From: Alphaproteobacteria bacterium
GTDB lineage: Bacteria > Pseudomonadota > Alphaproteobacteria > Rs-D84 > SZUA-605
Length of the DNA stretch: 64,000 nt
Reading direction: 5' to 3'
Assembly (NCBI GenBank): GCA_031549385.1
Contig: JAVBPW010000001.1
Location: 67,348-131,347, forward strand
Positions 21,664-31,066 of this stretch are shown here, one piece after another (within the stretch, counting starts at the first letter, position 1; the number at the start of each line of letters is the position of its first letter). Under the pieces are notes generated by a model. That model ran no database searches. It worked only from the letters and a program-made list of their open reading frames with translations, and was not told the origin of the DNA. Both the position numbers and the translations under genes were made by a program.

Positions 21664-23823
21664 ATGAGAAAATTTTTATTAGTATTGACTATTTTATCAG
21701 TTGGTGTGCTGGGGGCTGCTAATGCGCAAACCCGCCAAACATCTGCACAAAAGACTGAAAATACAGGAGCTAGAGCTGCAAGAACTACAACTTCAACAAC
21801 TGCTGGATCAAGGGCAACTTCTACTTCTGGAAATAGAGGCACTTCTCAACGTGCTGCAAGAATGACTCCTAAAACTACTGCTACTACTGAAAGATCTGCT
21901 GTTTCTCGTCGTGCTGGTGTTGTGAAAACTGCTGCTCCTGCTGTTACTACTACAACTACTACTACTGCTGCGACTACAACTACTACTGCTAAAACTGAAG
22001 ATGAAATGACTGCTGCTGAATTACAAGCTGCTTATGATGAAAAAATGAGCAAAGTAGAAGCTAAATTAGGCGTGCAATCTCAATGCCAAGAAAAATTTGC
22101 TGAATGTATGGATGCTTCTTGTAAAGATGATACTTATGGAAGATGTCTATGTGCCGCTTCATATTCAGAACTTAATCCATTAAAAAAAGAAATTGAACAA
22201 TTGAATAAAGAAACTAATGCTTTACTTCAAGAAGAATTAGCTCGTGCTAAGATGACTGAAAAAGAAAGAGAATTTTATGAACAACAAAAAATTTCTTTAA
22301 ATCTTAAAGATGAAAGTGAAGAAATTGAATACGGCGCTGTTACTGCTGAATCTTTACTTGCTGATTATAAGAATGCTGGACAAGCTACTGGACCAAAAAC
22401 AGGAACAGTTTTATTTGGTGATGCTCATAAAGCATGTAAACCAATATTAGACGCATGTCCCGCTGAAAGCAAAGCTATTTTAACTTATTACCAAAATATG
22501 GCTAATAAAGAATGTTCTGTTGCTAAAGCTTCTTTAGAAGAACAAAAAGCTCAAGCTGTGTTTGCTAGACAAAAAGCAGAATTCACAGTTAAAAAAGCAG
22601 CTTATACTACTGTTTCTCAAAAATTAGATAATGCTACTTGTTTATCTGAATTGCAAGCTCTTGCTCTTACAGATTCTCTTTGTGGAAAAGATTATTCTAA
22701 ATGCTTAAACTGTAATGAAGATTTTAATGGAAAAACTTATAAATTAGAACTTTCTAATCCAGCTGATACTACTGATATGACTTCAGCTTATTCAAAATCA
22801 TTTACTGGATGTGCTGCTTCTAATGTTCAAAAGATGGTTGCAAGAAAAGAAGTTTATAATACTGTGTTAAATAAGTGTCAAGCTCCTACCGTTGCTTGGA
22901 ATACTTTTATGATTGATTTTGCTTCTACTATGGAAAAGGCTGAAAGAGATCAATTGTTTACTTATAATACTGAACAAAGAGAAAAAGAATTTAATGTTGC
23001 TGATACTTGTCAAAAAGATATTGATAAATGTTTAAAAGACATTTGTGGTACTGGATATATTTCATGTACTGCTAGAGAAAAAGCTGCTAATTATAACCTA
23101 GCTTTAATTGGTGAAGAAAATGCTCTTATCGCATGTAACAATGTATATGCAAGATGTGACTCAAGAGTTCAAGATGCTCAAAATAGCGGAAGCGACACTT
23201 CTTCTATAGATGTTGAATCTATCTGGACAGCTGCTTGGAAGAGAGCTCAAAACCAAGCTGATATAACATATCAAAAGAGATTAGCTGCTTTGATTAAAGA
23301 AACTGCTGACGTAACAAAAGCTGAATTGAAAATGGAATCTGAAATTGCAGAAGAACGTGCAAGAGCTGAAAATACTCAATCAAGAATTGGTGATGTGCTT
23401 GCTTCAGAAAATGCATTAGAAGATGCAAGACTTGGTGCTCAACTTGCTAAAGCTGAACTTGAAGAAGCTAAAAATAAAACTGAAAAAGAAGTTGCAAAAC
23501 AAACTGCTATGAATGCTGCTGGAATGGCTACAGCTCAAAGAGGTTGTGGAAAAGCTGCTGGTAAGTGGGAAAAGAATAATTGCTTCTGGACAGTTACTGC
23601 AAAAGGATACACAAGCAAACGTGGAGTTTTCGGACGTGAAAAATCTCGTGATGATAAAGAAAATGTTATAAAGTTTGCTGCTGGATCTAAGTTTACTTGT
23701 AACTCTGCTACTATGGGTGTACCAACAGATTATGGTTGTTCATGGGACGGTGGAACTGTACAAAATGGCCAGTCATATACATTCCCTTCATTGGAAGAAT
23801 TATCCAGTGACTCAGACTACTAA
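21664..23823 (+). CDS. Secreted Thr-rich / Cys-rich coiled-coil protein (719 aa)
   Basis: Signal peptide MRKFLLVLTILSVGVLGAANA. Thr-rich low-complexity region, more than 20 Cys, coiled-coil segments. A strong terminator follows. Confidence 0.6.
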   Translation: MRKFLLVLTILSVGVLGAANAQTRQTSAQKTENTGARAARTTTSTTAGSRATSTSGNRGTSQRAARMTPKTTATTERSAVSRRAGVVKTAAPAVTTTTTTTAATTTTTAKTEDEMTAAELQAAYDEKMSKVEAKLGVQSQCQEKFAECMDASCKDDTYGRCLCAASYSELNPLKKEIEQLNKETNALLQEELARAKMTEKEREFYEQQKISLNLKDESEEIEYGAVTAESLLADYKNAGQATGPKTGTVLFGDAHKACKPILDACPAESKAILTYYQNMANKECSVAKASLEEQKAQAVFARQKAEFTVKKAAYTTVSQKLDNATCLSELQALALTDSLCGKDYSKCLNCNEDFNGKTYKLELSNPADTTDMTSAYSKSFTGCAASNVQKMVARKEVYNTVLNKCQAPTVAWNTFMIDFASTMEKAERDQLFTYNTEQREKEFNVADTCQKDIDKCLKDICGTGYISCTAREKAANYNLALIGEENALIACNNVYARCDSRVQDAQNSGSDTSSIDVESIWTAAWKRAQNQADITYQKRLAALIKETADVTKAELKMESEIAEERARAENTQSRIGDVLASENALEDARLGAQLAKAELEEAKNKTEKEVAKQTAMNAAGMATAQRGCGKAAGKWEKNNCFWTVTAKGYTSKRGVFGREKSRDDKENVIKFAAGSKFTCNSATMGVPTDYGCSWDGGTVQNGQSYTFPSLEELSSDSDY

Positions 23824-23827
23824 AAAT

Positions 23828-23854
23828 AAAGCCTCATGAAAATGAGGCTTTTTT
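23828..23854 (+). terminator. Rho-independent terminator (aaagcctcatgaaaatgaggcttttttt)
   Basis: Perfect 8-bp stem followed by a T-run, directly after the 719-aa gene's stop. Confidence 0.7.
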
Positions 23855-23910
23855 AATTGACTTTTATTAATTCAAAACTTATATGTTTAATAAACTTAAA
23901 TATTAAATAT

Positions 23911-24057
23911 ATGAAAACATATACCGAAGGAGAACAATGGTCTACTCCTAAAGAAGACCTATCTTTTATACAAAGACACCCTTTAATCTCTGTTATCGGA
24001 GGTTGGGGCCTTGTAATAGCTGCAATAGTTATTATTGTATGGTTATTATTACCATAA
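23911..24057 (+). CDS. Small membrane peptide 1 (48 aa, C-terminal TM)
   Basis: Reads MKTYTEGEQWSTPKEDLSFIQRHPLISVIGGWGLVIAAIVIIVWLLLP. Followed by the hairpin gcctctatatgaggc plus a T-run. Confidence 0.35.
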   Translation: MKTYTEGEQWSTPKEDLSFIQRHPLISVIGGWGLVIAAIVIIVWLLLP

Positions 24058-24159
24058 AACTTATTATAAATGCCTCTATATGAGGCTTTTTTCATTTTAT
24101 TATTGCTTTTTGTCAATAAATTATCTATAATTAATAATATAAACTTAAAAAATAAATAT

Positions 24160-24378
24160 ATGAACGCTAAAATTAAACAAGGATTAAACCTTGTAAAAAA
24201 AATGGGAGTACTTGAATACTTAGAGGCAATTTGCTGGCTTGGTATAGCATTTATGTTGTTACTGGTTGCAATTGAGTACAGAACTGAAATAACTTATGCT
24301 TGGGTTTTGTCGATAGTTTTTTTAGTTATTACTATTGGAGTTAAACGAATGCTAAAAGAAGAAAAATTAAAACAATAA
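24160..24378 (+). CDS. Small membrane peptide 2 (72 aa, 2 TM)
   Basis: Reads MNAKIKQGLNLVKKMGVLEYLEAICWLGIAFMLLLVAIEYRTEITYAWVLSIVFLVITIGVKRML... Confidence 0.35.
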   Translation: MNAKIKQGLNLVKKMGVLEYLEAICWLGIAFMLLLVAIEYRTEITYAWVLSIVFLVITIGVKRMLKEEKLKQ

Positions 24379-24381
24379 AAT

Positions 24382-24516
24382 ATGGCAAACGTTAGCTTTC
24401 CTCCGAAAAATGAAACTTATAAACCTAATGGAAATTGGTTTTGGAGTTTTGTTATTCCTGTAGCTATGCTCCTTGCAATGATAGGATATCTTATCTTTAA
24501 ATGCATGGGATATTAA
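24382..24516 (+). CDS. Small membrane peptide 3 (44 aa, 1 TM)
   Basis: Reads MANVSFPPKNETYKPNGNWFWSFVIPVAMLLAMIGYLIFKCMGY. Followed by the hairpin ggtcggtaacgacc plus a T-run. Confidence 0.3.
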   Translation: MANVSFPPKNETYKPNGNWFWSFVIPVAMLLAMIGYLIFKCMGY

Positions 24517-24561
24517 GGTCGGTAACGACCTTTTTTATTTAAAATAATTAAACCTAAATAA

Positions 24562-24732
24562 ATGAAAAAATTTTTTGAAATTGTATTTTTTATATTAACC
24601 ATGCTTCTTGGGGCTGGTATGGGAGCTTGTATGTTCCTTACAAAATTTAATGGCTTTCTTTTTGCACTTTTTATCTTTTGGGTATTTGTAGCTGCAAAAA
24701 AAGCAAAAGAAGTTAATGAACCTTTAAATTAA
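24562..24732 (+). CDS. Small membrane peptide 4 (56 aa, 2 TM)
   Basis: Reads MKKFFEIVFFILTMLLGAGMGACMFLTKFNGFLFALFIFWVFVAAKKAKEVNEPLN. Confidence 0.3.
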   Translation: MKKFFEIVFFILTMLLGAGMGACMFLTKFNGFLFALFIFWVFVAAKKAKEVNEPLN

Positions 24733-24738
24733 AACAAT

Positions 24739-24885
24739 ATGCATAATATTCCAGTTGGCTATTTAAAGCCTGATGATTTTGACGATTTTCCAAAAGGTTG
24801 TCGTATTGGTGCTCTTGTCATAATTGCAATTTTTCTTATTGGTATTGTAATAGGACTATTGTATACATTTGATTTAATATTTTGA
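24739..24885 (+). CDS. Small membrane peptide 5 (48 aa, 1 TM)
   Basis: Reads MHNIPVGYLKPDDFDDFPKGCRIGALVIIAIFLIGIVIGLLYTFDLIF. Followed by a bidirectional terminator tggtcgatgaaaatcgacca. Confidence 0.3.
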   Translation: MHNIPVGYLKPDDFDDFPKGCRIGALVIIAIFLIGIVIGLLYTFDLIF

Positions 24886-24944
24886 TAAATAAAAATGGTC
24901 GATGAAAATCGACCATTTTTGTTTTAAAAGAATCGGTGGAGATT

Positions 24945-26840
24945 TTACTTTTCTTGATATTCTGCATCAACGACTTTTTCGTCTTTTGCAGATTCTTGTT
25001 GGTCTGCCTGCCCTGCTCCAGCTTGTGATTGTTGTTGAGCTTGGTAGATTGCTTGACCTAGTTTCATTAAAGCATTTGTTAGATTTTCTGCTTTTGTATT
25101 TAATTCTGATACTTCAACACCTTCTTTCTTCAAAGATTCTTTTGCATCATTTAAAGCAGTTTCAATTTCAGTTCTTTCAGCTGCTGAAACTTTATCGCCA
25201 TGTTCTTTTAAAGACTTTTCGCCTTCATGAACTGCGTGTTCTAATTTATTTTTTGCTTCAACCATTTCTTTTTTCTTAGCATCATCACTTGCGTGAGATT
25301 CTGCTTCTTTTACCATTCGTTCTATATCAGCATCTGATAATCCACCGTCTGATTTAATAGAGATAGATTGTTCTTTTCCTGTACCTTTATCTTTTGCAGA
25401 TACATGAACTATACCGTTTGCGTCGATATCAAATGTAACTTCAATTTGTGGAACACCACGTGGAGCATTTGGAATGCCTACTAAATCAAAGTTTCCTAGT
25501 AACTTGTTGTCTGATGCCATTGGACGTTCACCTTGAAGAACTCTTATTGTCACTGCTGTTTGATTATCGTCTGCAGTTGAGAATACTTGAGATTTCTTTG
25601 TAGGAATTGTTGTGTTACGGTCGATTAATTTTGTAAATACTCCACCGTATGTTTCAATACCTAATGATAATGGTGTTACGTCTAATAATAACACATCTTT
25701 AACATCTCCTTTTAAAACTCCACCTTGGATTGCTGCACCAAGTGCTACACATTCGTCTGGGTTTATTCCTTTATTAGGTTCTTTGCCAAAGAATTCTTTT
25801 ACTATTTCTGCTACTTTAGGCATACGTGTTTGACCACCAACTAATAAAACTTCTTTGATTTCTGATTTTGAAATTTTAGCATCTTCTAATGCTTTTTGAC
25901 ATGGTATTAAAGTTTTCTTAATTAAGTCTGTTACTAAGCTTTCAAGTTTTGCTCTTGTGAACTTTAAATTGAAATGCTTTGGTCCTGTTGCATCTGCTGT
26001 GATAAATGGTAAATTTATATCTGTTTCAAAAGAAGATGATAATTCTATCTTTGCTTTTTCAGCTGCTTCTTTTAATCTTTGTAGAGCTATTTTATCGCCT
26101 AATAAATCAACCCCTGTTTGCTTTTTGAAATCATCTGCAAAATAATCTATGATTACTTTATCAAAATCTTCGCCACCTAAGAATGTATCTCCATTAGTTG
26201 ATTTTACTTCAAATACTCCATCACCAATTTCAAGAATTGAAATATCAAATGTACCACCACCTAAGTCATATACTGCTATTAGACCTGTTTGACCTTTATC
26301 TAAACCATAAGAAAGAGCAGCAGCTGTTGGTTCGTTGATAATACGTAATACGTCTAATCCAGCAATTTTACCTGCATCTTTTGTTGCTTGTCTTTGAGAG
26401 TCGTTAAAGTAAGCTGGAACTGTGATAACAGCTTGAGTTACTTTCTCGCCTAAATAGCTTTCTGCATCTTGTTTCATTTTTTGTAAGATTTTTGCAGAAA
26501 TTTCTGATGGAGAGTATTTTTTACCTTTTACTTCTACCCATGCATCACCATTGTCAGCTTGAACTATTTTAAATGGTACAGATTTTATTTCTTTTTGAAC
26601 TTCTGGATCTGTGAACTTTCTTCCTATTAATCTCTTTACTGTGTAAACAGTATTTTCTGGATTTGTCACCATTTGATTTCTTGCAGGTGTTCCAGTTAAT
26701 GTTTCTGTATCAGTAAATGCAACTACGGAAGGAGTTGTTCTTCTTCCTTCTTTATTCTCAATTACCTTTGGTGTTGAGCCATCCATAAAGGCAAAACATG
26801 AGTTTGTTGTTCCTAAATCTATTCCTATCACTTTTGACAT
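24945..26840 (-). CDS. dnaK: Chaperone DnaK (Hsp70)
   Basis: 631 aa with [18 protein letters not shown] and other Hsp70 signatures. No grpE or dnaJ adjacent. Confidence 0.95.
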   Translation of the reverse strand: MSKVIGIDLGTTNSCFAFMDGSTPKVIENKEGRRTTPSVVAFTDTETLTGTPARNQMVTNPENTVYTVKRLIGRKFTDPEVQKEIKSVPFKIVQADNGDAWVEVKGKKYSPSEISAKILQKMKQDAESYLGEKVTQAVITVPAYFNDSQRQATKDAGKIAGLDVLRIINEPTAAALSYGLDKGQTGLIAVYDLGGGTFDISILEIGDGVFEVKSTNGDTFLGGEDFDKVIIDYFADDFKKQTGVDLLGDKIALQRLKEAAEKAKIELSSSFETDINLPFITADATGPKHFNLKFTRAKLESLVTDLIKKTLIPCQKALEDAKISKSEIKEVLLVGGQTRMPKVAEIVKEFFGKEPNKGINPDECVALGAAIQGGVLKGDVKDVLLLDVTPLSLGIETYGGVFTKLIDRNTTIPTKKSQVFSTADDNQTAVTIRVLQGERPMASDNKLLGNFDLVGIPNAPRGVPQIEVTFDIDANGIVHVSAKDKGTGKEQSISIKSDGGLSDADIERMVKEAESHASDDAKKKEMVEAKNKLEHAVHEGEKSLKEHGDKVSAAERTEIETALNDAKESLKKEGVEVSELNTKAENLTNALMKLGQAIYQAQQQSQAGAGQADQQESAKDEKVVDAEYQEK

Positions 26841-26876
26841 TGTTTTTTACTCCTTTTAAGTATCTTATGGTTCTGT

Positions 26877-26905
26877 ATATAGGGCATTTAACATACCCTT
26901 TCAAG
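26877..26905 (-). promoter_or_regulatory. Sigma-32 (RpoH)-type heat-shock promoter for dnaK: CTTGAAA-14 nt-CCCTATAT
   Basis: The minus strand reads cCTTGAAAgggtatgttaaatgCCCTATATac, 36 nt upstream of the dnaK ATG. It matches the CTTGAAA / CCCCATNT consensus. Confidence 0.45.
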
Positions 26906-26923
26906 GTTTTTTAGAAAAAATTA

Positions 26924-28552
26924 TTATAAATCTAGTAAATGATATATACTTTCAATGATTTCTTTGGAAACGGGAGCTGCATTTGAGGCAGCTGTTCTGC
27001 CATAAACTCCTGCTTTTTCTCTTGGTTCATCAAACATTATAAATAGACTGTACTGAGGGTTTTCTATTGGGAAAGCTGAGGCAAATACTGCTATAATCTT
27101 GCGTCTTTCATATTTACCACCTACTAGTTTTTCAGCTGTACCCGTTTTACCACCTATATTGATACCTCTTACTCTTGAATATTGACCTGAACCATCAAGC
27201 ATAACTCTGGACATATATCCTCGCATTTTAGTAGATACTTCTGGACTTAATACCTGGCGACCGTCTATTGGTTTTCCCATTTCTGGAGGCATAAATCTTG
27301 GGTGTATGTAATAACCACCATTTACCAATGCGTTCATAGATGTTAAATATTGGAATGGAGATACTGATATATTATATCCGTATGAAACTGATGACGACGA
27401 TGCTTTAGTCCATGTCTTTGGAGTCATTGGAGGAGCTACTGGTTTCATTTTTGTTTTTACTGAGTCTAATAAATTTAATTTTGTTAAAAAATTCTTTTGA
27501 AAATCTATACCCATATCTTCAACCATATGAACAGAACCTATGTTTGATGATTTTGCTAAAATTAACCCCATGTCTGCATATTGTTGTTCCATTTTGTGAT
27601 TGTCTTTTACTGTGAATCGACCTATTTTTATAGGAACCCAAACTTCGTATTTTTTGTTTTCTGGAATTCCAAACTCTAATGCTGCAGCTGTGTTAAATAA
27701 TTTAAATACTGATCCTAATTCATATACACCTTGAGTGATTTTATTAAATTTATTATAGTCTGGATATTTACCTATATCTTTTGGATCAAATGATGGAAGT
27801 GATATCATTGCTATGATTTCACCTGTGTTTGGATTCATTAATAAGCCAGCGGCTCCTATTGCTTCATATTTTTCTTGAGCAGATTTTAAAACTTTATACA
27901 TTAAATTTTGAATTCTTGAATCTATTGAAACTTTTACTGTAGCATTTGTTCCTTTTAATTCTTCATTGAACATTTGTTCCATTCCATAAACACCATTGTT
28001 ATTTGAATCTACCATTCCTATTACATGTGCAGTTAATGCACCTTGCGGGTATACTCTTTCTTGAGAGTCTTCAAATTCAAGACCAGGATCGCCTATTAAC
28101 TTAATTTTATGAACTTCTTGTGGTGTAAGTTTTTTCTGAATATATGTAAAACTTTTACCATTTGTTAATTTTCTGTAAACTTCTGAATATTTTAAATTTG
28201 AGAAAATTTTTGTTAACTCTTTAGCAGTATGTTCTGGGCTTAGAATTTTAGTTGAATTACAATATAGGTTTTTTGTTATTAAATTAGTTGCTAATATATC
28301 TCCATTTCTATCAACTATATTTCCACGAATGAAATCTTGATTAGGTAAAATTCTTTCTTTAGAAGATGAAAACTGAATTGTTGCAAATACATTTGCTAAT
28401 ATAAAAATTAAAACTACATTGATAAGAAAAATAGCCCAATTAGATCTTTTTCTTACTAAAGAATCAAGTTCCTGCTCTGTTTCTTTATATACCTTATTTA
28501 AGGGTATTTCAGAACCTACAGAAAATCCAAAATGATCTTTATTCGTTGACAC
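26924..28552 (-). CDS. ftsI: Peptidoglycan D,D-transpeptidase FtsI / PBP3-like
   Basis: 542 aa. N-terminal TM, dimerisation domain and transpeptidase domain (SxxK at GSVFK, and KTG). Confidence 0.8.
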   Translation of the reverse strand: MSTNKDHFGFSVGSEIPLNKVYKETEQELDSLVRKRSNWAIFLINVVLIFILANVFATIQFSSSKERILPNQDFIRGNIVDRNGDILATNLITKNLYCNSTKILSPEHTAKELTKIFSNLKYSEVYRKLTNGKSFTYIQKKLTPQEVHKIKLIGDPGLEFEDSQERVYPQGALTAHVIGMVDSNNNGVYGMEQMFNEELKGTNATVKVSIDSRIQNLMYKVLKSAQEKYEAIGAAGLLMNPNTGEIIAMISLPSFDPKDIGKYPDYNKFNKITQGVYELGSVFKLFNTAAALEFGIPENKKYEVWVPIKIGRFTVKDNHKMEQQYADMGLILAKSSNIGSVHMVEDMGIDFQKNFLTKLNLLDSVKTKMKPVAPPMTPKTWTKASSSSVSYGYNISVSPFQYLTSMNALVNGGYYIHPRFMPPEMGKPIDGRQVLSPEVSTKMRGYMSRVMLDGSGQYSRVRGINIGGKTGTAEKLVGGKYERRKIIAVFASAFPIENPQYSLFIMFDEPREKAGVYGRTAASNAAPVSKEIIESIYHLLDL

Positions 28553-28832
28553 TTGATAAATCCTTTATAGATATATTATCTTTTGGTAAAATTGTTTCGT
28601 AAGTGCTAATTTTATTTTTTGTAAATGTATTAAAATTTTCTATCTTTAATGAATAACTCCATTCTGCTTGAAGCAAATTATTTTCATTATAAAGTCTTGC
28701 ATATTCTTTTATGTCGTGCTTAAGTTGTCTTTCGTGATATGTAATTGAATTTTGTAATACGAAAACAATTATTAACAATAATATTGTTATTGCTATTAAT
28801 AAATAATAAAAAATAGTTGCTTTCTTTTCCAT
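28539..28832 (-). CDS. ftsL: Cell division protein FtsL-like (bitopic, coiled coil)
   Basis: 97 aa with an N-terminal TM (YYLLIAITILLLIIVFVL). Sits between rsmH and ftsI. Confidence 0.5.
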   Translation of the reverse strand: MEKKATIFYYLLIAITILLLIIVFVLQNSITYHERQLKHDIKEYARLYNENNLLQAEWSYSLKIENFNTFTKNKISTYETILPKDNISIKDLSSVNE

Positions 28833-29779
28833 TATATTTCCTTCTTTTTAATAGCTCTTAATCTTGCTGAGCGACTTCTTTGATTTTGACTGATTTCTTT
28901 GTCTGATGGTTTGATTGCTGAATTAGTTAGCAATATAAAATTCTTTACTTCTTCTTTTGTTGTCGGCGCATAGCGAGATACTGATTTTTGTTTTGAAAGG
29001 TCGTTAAACGTATCTTTTACTAATCTGTCTTCCAATGAATGAAATGATACTACTGCAAAAATCCCATTTTTATTTAATGTTTCAGGAACAGTTTTTAAAA
29101 CTTCTTCAAGCTGACCTAGCTCATCATTAATAAAAATTCTTATAGCTTGAAAAATTCTTGCTGCTGATTTTCCATTTCTTGCTGTTTGATCTATTATTGT
29201 TTTTAATTCTGAAGTTGTCTTAATTGGCTTTTGAGCTCTGAGTTTTACTATACGGTTTGCTATCATCTTAGATAATGGTTCTTCACCATATTTTTTAAAT
29301 ATATCATAAAGATCAGATGCATCAAATTCATTTACTACTTCATAAGCTGAAATTTCATTTTTTCCCATTCTCATATCTAATGGTCCATCATTTTGATATG
29401 AAAAACCACGATGAGCTTGGTCAATTTGCATTGATGATAAACCTAAATCAAGAACTACATAGTCTGGATTTTTTACATAATCAGCAATTGTTGAAAAAGT
29501 GTCGTTTATAAATACAAATCTGTCTTTATATTTTTCTTTGAATTTTTTTGCCTGAGGAATTACTGTTTCATCTCTGTCAAATGCATATAGTTTTGCTTTT
29601 GGAAAAGTTTCTAATAATTCTTTTGAATAACCGCCATTACCAAATGTTCCATCAACTATTATCTTTGGATTATTTGTTGCTAAATTAATAACTTCTTTTA
29701 ATAAAACAGGAATATGGCAACTTTGCTCTGTGCCAGTTGATTGTTCTTTTTCATTAAAAACAATTTTTGATTTTTTCAT
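28832..29779 (-). CDS. rsmH: 16S rRNA (cytosine1402-N4)-methyltransferase RsmH (MraW)
   Basis: 315 aa with HIPVLL and DGTFGNGGYS SAM motifs. Follows mraZ. Confidence 0.85.
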   Translation of the reverse strand: MKKSKIVFNEKEQSTGTEQSCHIPVLLKEVINLATNNPKIIVDGTFGNGGYSKELLETFPKAKLYAFDRDETVIPQAKKFKEKYKDRFVFINDTFSTIADYVKNPDYVVLDLGLSSMQIDQAHRGFSYQNDGPLDMRMGKNEISAYEVVNEFDASDLYDIFKKYGEEPLSKMIANRIVKLRAQKPIKTTSELKTIIDQTARNGKSAARIFQAIRIFINDELGQLEEVLKTVPETLNKNGIFAVVSFHSLEDRLVKDTFNDLSKQKSVSRYAPTTKEEVKNFILLTNSAIKPSDKEISQNQRSRSARLRAIKKKEI

Positions 29780-29813
29780 TTCGCCTTATTATACCAAAAA
29801 ACTTAACTTTGGT

Positions 29814-30266
29814 CTAGTTATTTATCTTTAAAGTAGGTCTATTTTTTAAGGCATCAGCACGTAATTCATCTTGATATTTTTTAAACACAGAAGGTTCCCA
29901 GATTTGGAATGTTTTTCCACATCCTACAAAACATGCTTCTTTTTTAATTCCTGCATATTCTAACAAGTCAGCTGGAATACTTATTCTTCCTGCTGAATCT
30001 ACTCCTAATTGTCTTGCATCTGCAAATATTAATGAGTTAATAGAATTTTGATCTTTTGAAAAAATATCTAAATTATCTGATGCGTCTGATAATAATTCCA
30101 TACGTGATGTTGAACATCCTTCTATACATTTGTTTGTAAATGAACGATATAATACTACTGTTTGATTTACTTGATTTTGTGATAATTGACTACGAAAAGT
30201 AGATGGCATCGAAACTCTTCCTTGATGACCTATCAAATTTGTAAAAACAGATAAAAATAAACTCAC
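29814..30266 (-). CDS. mraZ: Transcriptional regulator MraZ
   Basis: 150 aa, duplicated MraZ fold (GRISIPADLLEYAGI). First gene of the dcw cluster. Confidence 0.8.
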   Translation of the reverse strand: MSLFLSVFTNLIGHQGRVSMPSTFRSQLSQNQVNQTVVLYRSFTNKCIEGCSTSRMELLSDASDNLDIFSKDQNSINSLIFADARQLGVDSAGRISIPADLLEYAGIKKEACFVGCGKTFQIWEPSVFKKYQDELRADALKNRPTLKINN

Positions 30267-30503
30267 GTACTTTCCTTTTTTTATTTTTTCTTACTACTTT
30301 TTATAATGAAATTTTAATGCAAGTCAATGACAAAATCAAATATCTTTATGACTCTTTGTGACTCTTTTTACTTTTTTTAAGTATTTTTGATGAAAAAATG
30401 AAGAAAAATGCAAAAAAAGATTTTTTATACTTGACATGCGAATCGGAATCATTATTAAAATAGATATACCGAGTCGCAAAAACTCAAAAAAGGAGAAGGG
30501 AAA

Positions 30504-30842
30504 ATGGAAAAGAAACAAAATATGACAGAACTTATGAGAACAATTGATTTAGTATTAGATAAAGTTGTTTGGGTAAATAATAATGGAGATATGGTATCAC
30601 TTAAAGATTTGTTACATGTAACAAACAAAGATGGATCTGCTCGTAATATAGAAGATTTAGAAAGACCTGACTTAATTGGTGCTTTCACATCTCTTCAAAT
30701 CAGACACGAATTGTTTTCTGTAAAAATTGCTGATTTATCAAATGATGAAATGGCTGCTAAAATTAAAGATCTAGTTTTCTTTGAAACAAAAGCAATACTT
30801 GAAAAAGCAGATGTTGCTGTTGTTGATGAAAAAGTTGCTTAA
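30504..30842 (+). CDS. Hypothetical protein (112 aa), monocistronic
   Basis: Strong promoter (TTGACA-17-TATTAAAAT), SD aaaaGGAGaaggg, and a terminator at 30871-30897. No recognisable motif. Confidence 0.5.
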   Translation: MEKKQNMTELMRTIDLVLDKVVWVNNNGDMVSLKDLLHVTNKDGSARNIEDLERPDLIGAFTSLQIRHELFSVKIADLSNDEMAAKIKDLVFFETKAILEKADVAVVDEKVA

Positions 30843-30870
30843 ACTTTAATATATAAATCTTTCTACTCAA

Positions 30871-30897
30871 AAAAGCCTTGCGAAAGCGAGGTTTTTT
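30871..30897 (+). terminator. Rho-independent terminator (gccttgcgaaagcgaggtttttt)
   Basis: Hairpin plus T-run after the 112-aa ORF. Confidence 0.55.
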
Positions 30898-31066
30898 CTT
30901 TTTATAAATTAGATGATTAATGAATTATCTTAGCGTGGATTTATAAAAAAATCAATAAAAGATTCAACTATTTAGTGTTGTAATATTTTGAAGTAAATTT
31001 TTACTAGATTTATTTTTTTTCGGGTTTATTATCGTATTTATGGCTAATTTAAAAAAGGAGATAACC

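Noticed and set aside
26841-26923. CIRCE (HrcA) element upstream of dnaK
   Set aside because: Searched for TTAGCACTC-N9-GAGTGCTAA. It is not present, and the sigma-32-type promoter is the better explanation.
30336-30688. Minus-strand 60- and 77-aa ORFs in the mraZ divergent promoter region / antisense to the 112-aa gene
   Set aside because: They overlap promoter elements and the sense gene that has a strong SD. Likely spurious.
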